A stretch of DNA of 38,927 bases. Source: a virus (lineage: Duplodnaviria > Caudoviricetes). Shown piece after piece: positions 35,676-38,927 of this stretch; position 1 is the first letter of the stretch; every line of letters starts with the position of its first letter. The notes under the pieces are model-generated. The model did no database searches. It saw only the letters and a list, made by a program, of their open reading frames with translations, and was not told where the DNA came from. A program made the translations under genes and the position numbers. The stretch covers positions 1 through 38,927 of IMG/VR virus record IMGVR_UViG_3300032216_001721; one strand, 5' to 3'.

Positions 35676-36614
35676 CTATTTGCCATTTTTAGAAGCAAAT
35701 AAGTAACGAGTTCTATCTGCTCTTTTTGGAAGAATAGGTGGTGTTGGACTTACGGAACTTGATAAACTTGCACTACCAGATAAAGCAAGTAATGTTCCGG
35801 TTTGTTGTGGAGTTTGTTTATAGTCAACAATAGTAGAATACTTAAATACAACAGGTACTCTTTCTTCGGGAGGATTAGTTAGAGCTTGTAGGGATAGAGA
35901 TACACTACTTATTTTATCGGGTGGAGTAGAATTAAAGAATACATCTTTAATCATATTAAAATCTTTTCTTAGTTGTTGTAACCTTGTATTGGTTTCGGAC
36001 AAAAAGGTTTGTAATTTAGTCTTATCTAATGTACCATCCTTTTGTGCAGTTTCTATCTTAAGTGCATCTATTGAGTATACACCTTTATCATCTCCTAATT
36101 CTAATTGCCATATAGAGAATGTATCTAATGGTCTATCTATGTCCTGATTAAGAGTGTAGTTAATTTGGTCAATTAAACCTTTGGGTACTCCGTCTAACAT
36201 TTCTCCTTCGAAAATATAATCAACTGAATTTACTCCTGCTGATTTGTTTCTCACATCTCTATCGGCTGCTAATTGTGCAAATCTATCTGTATCTATTGAA
36301 ATGATAGGAATAGTTTTACCTATGTTCACTCCCTTACCCTTTACCATAACTATACCATTTGATTTAGCATCGTAGTGAGGATTGGTCGAATTTGTTATCT
36401 CATCTAATGTTCTCTTAGAAATCAAATAGTGTTCGCCTGCTTTAATAATAATGCCATCACCATTTAAATAAGGTTTTAAGGTAAAAGGTAAAGGTGTTGG
36501 TATAAACGTTAATGGAGTGACGCCTTTATTGGGTGAGTCTCCATTTGCCGATATAACCCAATTACTTCCTACTTTAGAATATCTGTCCGGATTTTGTGAT
36601 ATAGTTTTCATCAT
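35676..36614 (-). CDS. Hypothetical protein (312 aa)
   Basis: Long ORF on the coding strand; no recognised motif. Confidence 0.7.
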   Translation of the reverse strand: MMKTISQNPDRYSKVGSNWVISANGDSPNKGVTPLTFIPTPLPFTLKPYLNGDGIIIKAGEHYLISKRTLDEITNSTNPHYDAKSNGIVMVKGKGVNIGKTIPIISIDTDRFAQLAADRDVRNKSAGVNSVDYIFEGEMLDGVPKGLIDQINYTLNQDIDRPLDTFSIWQLELGDDKGVYSIDALKIETAQKDGTLDKTKLQTFLSETNTRLQQLRKDFNMIKDVFFNSTPPDKISSVSLSLQALTNPPEERVPVVFKYSTIVDYKQTPQQTGTLLALSGSASLSSSVSPTPPILPKRADRTRYLFASKNGK

Positions 36615-36900
36615 TTGTTATTTCATTAAATGCCCTTATGTAAATAGTTACTTCTTTTAATCTTCTATCTCTTTTTTGTTTTATCTTATATATTTCTCTT
36701 TGTAGTTCTTGGTAAAGTCCTATTTCAATTGCGTCACATACAATTGCATTGATTTCTAAGTCTGGCTCTATCTTTTTAAATGATTCTACCCCTTCTTCTA
36801 CTATTTGTTGTTTCTTATTCTTATAACCAATTATGTGTGCCACTCCAACCGATGTACCAAAGTTGTCTGCTGCTTCTACAAATATTGATTCTTTTATCAT
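36574..36900 (-). CDS. Hypothetical protein (108 aa)
   Basis: Tiles with its neighbours; 41-nt overlap with the downstream gene. Confidence 0.65.
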   Translation of the reverse strand: MIKESIFVEAADNFGTSVGVAHIIGYKNKKQQIVEEGVESFKKIEPDLEINAIVCDAIEIGLYQELQREIYKIKQKRDRRLKEVTIYIRAFNEITNDENYITKSGQIF

Positions 36901-36901
36901 T

Positions 36902-37120
36902 TTAGTATGAATTTTTATTGTTCTTAATAGGAACTACAATTTTAGTTTTCATTGCACCTGGTAGATTAGACCTTTGATTGATATTACCTACTGGCATCCA
37001 TCCCTGATTTCCACAACGAGTCAAAAAGTCTTCATCACTTTCGCCAGGTTCTTTTGCACAATGTCCTTCCATTACTTTAACTAATAATTCTTTAAGTCGT
37101 ATTTGTCTATCTTTTTTCAT
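36902..37120 (-). CDS. Hypothetical protein (72 aa)
   Basis: IRLKELL N-terminal motif; EPGESDEDFLTRC segment. Confidence 0.65.
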   Translation of the reverse strand: MKKDRQIRLKELLVKVMEGHCAKEPGESDEDFLTRCGNQGWMPVGNINQRSNLPGAMKTKIVVPIKNNKNSY

Positions 37121-37124
37121 AATA

Positions 37125-37499
37125 TTATTTTTCTTTCACTTCTAATGTCCTACTTACTTTCATCAATTCATCTTTAAATCTACATTTGTCCATATTCATT
37201 AAAGAAGCTTGACTTACTTTTTTTAAGTAGCTAGGATGAAGGAATACTTGCTTTGGAAAATTACCTACAATTTTGTCTGTTGCTGGGTAATACTTTATAC
37301 CATTCATTATGTTTGATACTGAATAAGAAAGAGTGTATTGATTTGTTTTTAAATTTCTTTCTAAGATTCTAAATATCTCTTTTTGCTTCTTAATATCTTT
37401 TAATCCACCTTTACTATCCGAAAATACCAAACCAATCATAATGGGTTCAGGTAGTTTATTCGGGCCATGTTCAGGTAATAATTTAGTCAATCTTATCAT
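37125..37499 (-). CDS. Hypothetical protein starting MIRLTKLLPE
   Basis: Start moved to the ATG at 37499, just downstream of ATATTTATT (37503-37511). Confidence 0.65.
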   Translation of the reverse strand: MIRLTKLLPEHGPNKLPEPIMIGLVFSDSKGGLKDIKKQKEIFRILERNLKTNQYTLSYSVSNIMNGIKYYPATDKIVGNFPKQVFLHPSYLKKVSQASLMNMDKCRFKDELMKVSRTLEVKEK

Positions 37500-37502
37500 A
37501 TC

Positions 37503-37511
37503 AATAAATAT
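37503..37511 (-). promoter_or_regulatory. Putative late promoter variant ATATTTATT
   Basis: 3 nt upstream of the ATG at 37499. Confidence 0.5.
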
Positions 37512-37691
37512 CCTTAATAAAAATAAAAACACCTAATCAGTCAAAGTATGTGTCAACACTTATGTCAAAATAACTCGTATAGGTAAAAAAATTGACCCCG
37601 GTATTCGCACGTATCCGACCCGATTTTCTGCAACTCGTTTTTCTTCAGCTACATGAAACTCGGTGTCTCTCATTCTCATGCATGCGCAAGC

Positions 37692-37726
37692 ACAAAGAAA
37701 CCGATAGCTCTACCACCTGCTATCGG
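37692..37726 (-). terminator. Probable intrinsic terminator within a larger structure
   Basis: Minus strand CCGATAGC-aggtggtaga-GCTATCGG followed by TTTCTTTGT. Confidence 0.6.
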
Positions 37727-37790
37727 CTCATCCCTTTCGGGAGCTCTTTGTAATTAAAATAAAAACCTATGAAAAAAAGAAAACACTTTT

Positions 37791-38003
37791 CTACTTTTGT
37801 TTATCAGCTACCCACTTAGGATAGTTACTATATTGTTGCATTAACTCACTTGCTCTATAATCTTTCACTTCTACTCTACTACCTATTTTATATTCTTTCA
37901 ACCATGCAATATATTTTTTATCAGACATTAACTTTTCTCTTTCTCTCTCTATACTATTATACTTCTCTATGTCTATACTATCTATTATACTATTACTATT
38001 CAT
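37791..38003 (-). CDS. Hypothetical protein (70 aa)
   Basis: ATG ORF on the coding strand. Confidence 0.6.
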   Translation of the reverse strand: MNSNSIIDSIDIEKYNSIEREREKLMSDKKYIAWLKEYKIGSRVEVKDYRASELMQQYSNYPKWVADKQK

Positions 38004-38048
38004 ACTTGTATTAATTTAACTGAATTTATTTTTATTAAGATTGTCCGA

Positions 38049-38279
38049 TTATGCTTTTGCTTTAGCAGGATGCACTTCAAAGATTTGTTTTAAGTATTCA
38101 TTTTCATTCTCTATGTCCTGCTCTGTTATATTGTTGTATCGCTCTAACAACTCTATTGCGGACCTGATTTCATCTAACTGCTTTGATGCTGCCCACTTAG
38201 GTTTGCCATCTTGCAATGATTTAATCTTCTTCATTAATACTACTTCGTCTTGTTTAAGTTTGTGTATTGCGTACTCCAT
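38049..38279 (-). CDS. Hypothetical coiled-coil protein
   Basis: Likely start MEYAIHKL (38279); the ORF track extends to a TTG at 38306. Confidence 0.6.
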   Translation of the reverse strand: MEYAIHKLKQDEVVLMKKIKSLQDGKPKWAASKQLDEIRSAIELLERYNNITEQDIENENEYLKQIFEVHPAKAKA

Positions 38280-38671
38280 TTTGATTTTTTTTTTATATGT
38301 GCCCAACAGGGTTTTAAATATTTGTCTTCGTTTCTTCTTGCTTGCCTCTCATACGGGTTTCGACTATATGAGCCAGGGTAAGCATCGTATTTTGTTAATA
38401 TAGGTTGTAGTTGATGTGTCCATTCGTGTATGCAAGTTCCTATCAACTCTCTCACGTCATAGCAATTGTTATAATAAACAAATATTTCATTATCGGTTGC
38501 ATCATACTGACCGCAATCACTATCGTATCCTTTCACTACTGACCAAATGGGTTGATACTTTTTTCTTTTGTTAATACCCATATGTTGCCGGCACCAGCGC
38601 AATGCCATATTTGCTATTGCTATGGTAGGTGCACGACCTAAACTTTCAACCTTTGTGTTTAAGTAAATCAT
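38240..38671 (-). CDS. Zincin-like metallopeptidase (HExxH)
   Basis: CGQY...IFVY...TCIHEWTHQLQ...NPYERQAR. Confidence 0.75.
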   Translation of the reverse strand: MIYLNTKVESLGRAPTIAIANMALRWCRQHMGINKRKKYQPIWSVVKGYDSDCGQYDATDNEIFVYYNNCYDVRELIGTCIHEWTHQLQPILTKYDAYPGSYSRNPYERQARRNEDKYLKPCWAHIKKKSKWSTQYTNLNKTK

Positions 38672-38688
38672 TCTATTGTTTTCGTTAT

Positions 38689-38718
38689 AAAAAAAGTGGC
38701 TCTATTGGGGAGCCACTT
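38689..38718 (-). terminator. Intrinsic terminator downstream of the tRNA
   Basis: 9-bp stem AAGTGGCTC/GAGCCACTT with a T run on the minus strand. Confidence 0.85.
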
Positions 38719-38799
38719 CTATTGATATCAAAGCTTTGTTTGTAAAGTAAATCGGAGAATAACCATTTGTAAAGTAACCAATATGCTTTTGATATATAG

Positions 38800-38899
38800 A
38801 GCGGTGAGCTAGATTTGAACTAACCCATCCTACCTGGTATGGTAGGTGTGCAACCCATGGGCTTTTACGTCCGTGTGGTAACCATTACACTTTCACCGC
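38800..38899 (-). tRNA. Atypical tRNA-Gly-like gene (28-nt D-loop insertion, 8-nt anticodon loop CAUACCAG)
   Basis: Acceptor GCGGTGA/TCACCGC with U73; D stem GTGT/GCAC; anticodon stem CCTAC/GTAGG; 4-nt variable loop; T arm GTTAG-TTCAAAT-CTAGC. CCA is not encoded. Confidence 0.75.
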
Positions 38900-38927
38900 T
38901 ACATTGATGCGAGGAATCTTTACAACC

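Noticed and set aside
37690-37752. Hammerhead ribozyme (GAUGAG and GAAAC fragments near hairpins)
   Set aside because: No CUGANGA core and no NUH site in the right arrangement on either strand.
38285-38294. A10 run on the coding strand as a programmed frameshift or phase-variation site
   Set aside because: Long A/T runs are expected at this composition, and the peptidase motifs are complete upstream. A homopolymer error cannot be excluded.
1064-38403. All plus-strand ORFs in the track (e.g. 9178-9660, 16086-16562, 21711-22064, 38041-38403)
   Set aside because: They lie antisense to well-supported minus-strand genes, have shadow-like composition and show no motifs.
1-38927. Stop-codon reassignment
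   Set aside because: Genes tile densely under the standard code, and TAG (e.g. 27786) and TGA (e.g. 33756) end genes at sensible boundaries.
38900-38927. 3' end of a second tRNA or ncRNA at the window edge
   Set aside because: No T-loop motif is visible, and 28 nt is too little to call.

Overview
A very AT-rich window of a large lytic tailed phage with a contractile tail (myovirus-like). All credible genes lie on the minus strand; no integrase or CRISPR array was seen. Six exactly spaced TTTG-N19-GTATATT promoters and the absence of Shine-Dalgarno sites suggest a Bacteroidota/FCB host. From left to right: DNA primase (cut by the window edge) and a T7 endonuclease I-like resolvase; a baseplate/tail module (about 1.4-18.8 kb: gp6-like, gp25-like, spike-like, DNRLRE-like and tail-collar-like proteins); carbamoyltransferase, gp55-like sigma factor, peptide deformylase, HxGH nucleotidyltransferase, Hsp20 and an HD protein; a roughly 10 kb modification island (25.4-35.5 kb); small hypothetical genes; a structured intergenic region; and an atypical tRNA-Gly. 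The best candidate for an undescribed system is the 608-aa protein at 29972-31798. It has a circularly permuted ATP-grasp-like domain followed by two Hint domains with complementary losses of catalytic residues, flanking a 5-residue peptide (HN|VIFGV|CF), which resembles a natural two-intein peptide excision/activation device. It is followed by a 46-aa ORF and surrounded by tailoring enzymes (three 2OG-Fe(II) oxygenases, SET, two GT-like, SGNH-like, sulfotransferase-like, B12 radical SAM), most of which end in a shared K/N-x-[IL]-[IL]-type C-terminus. All family calls come from motifs recognised by eye; no database search was run.
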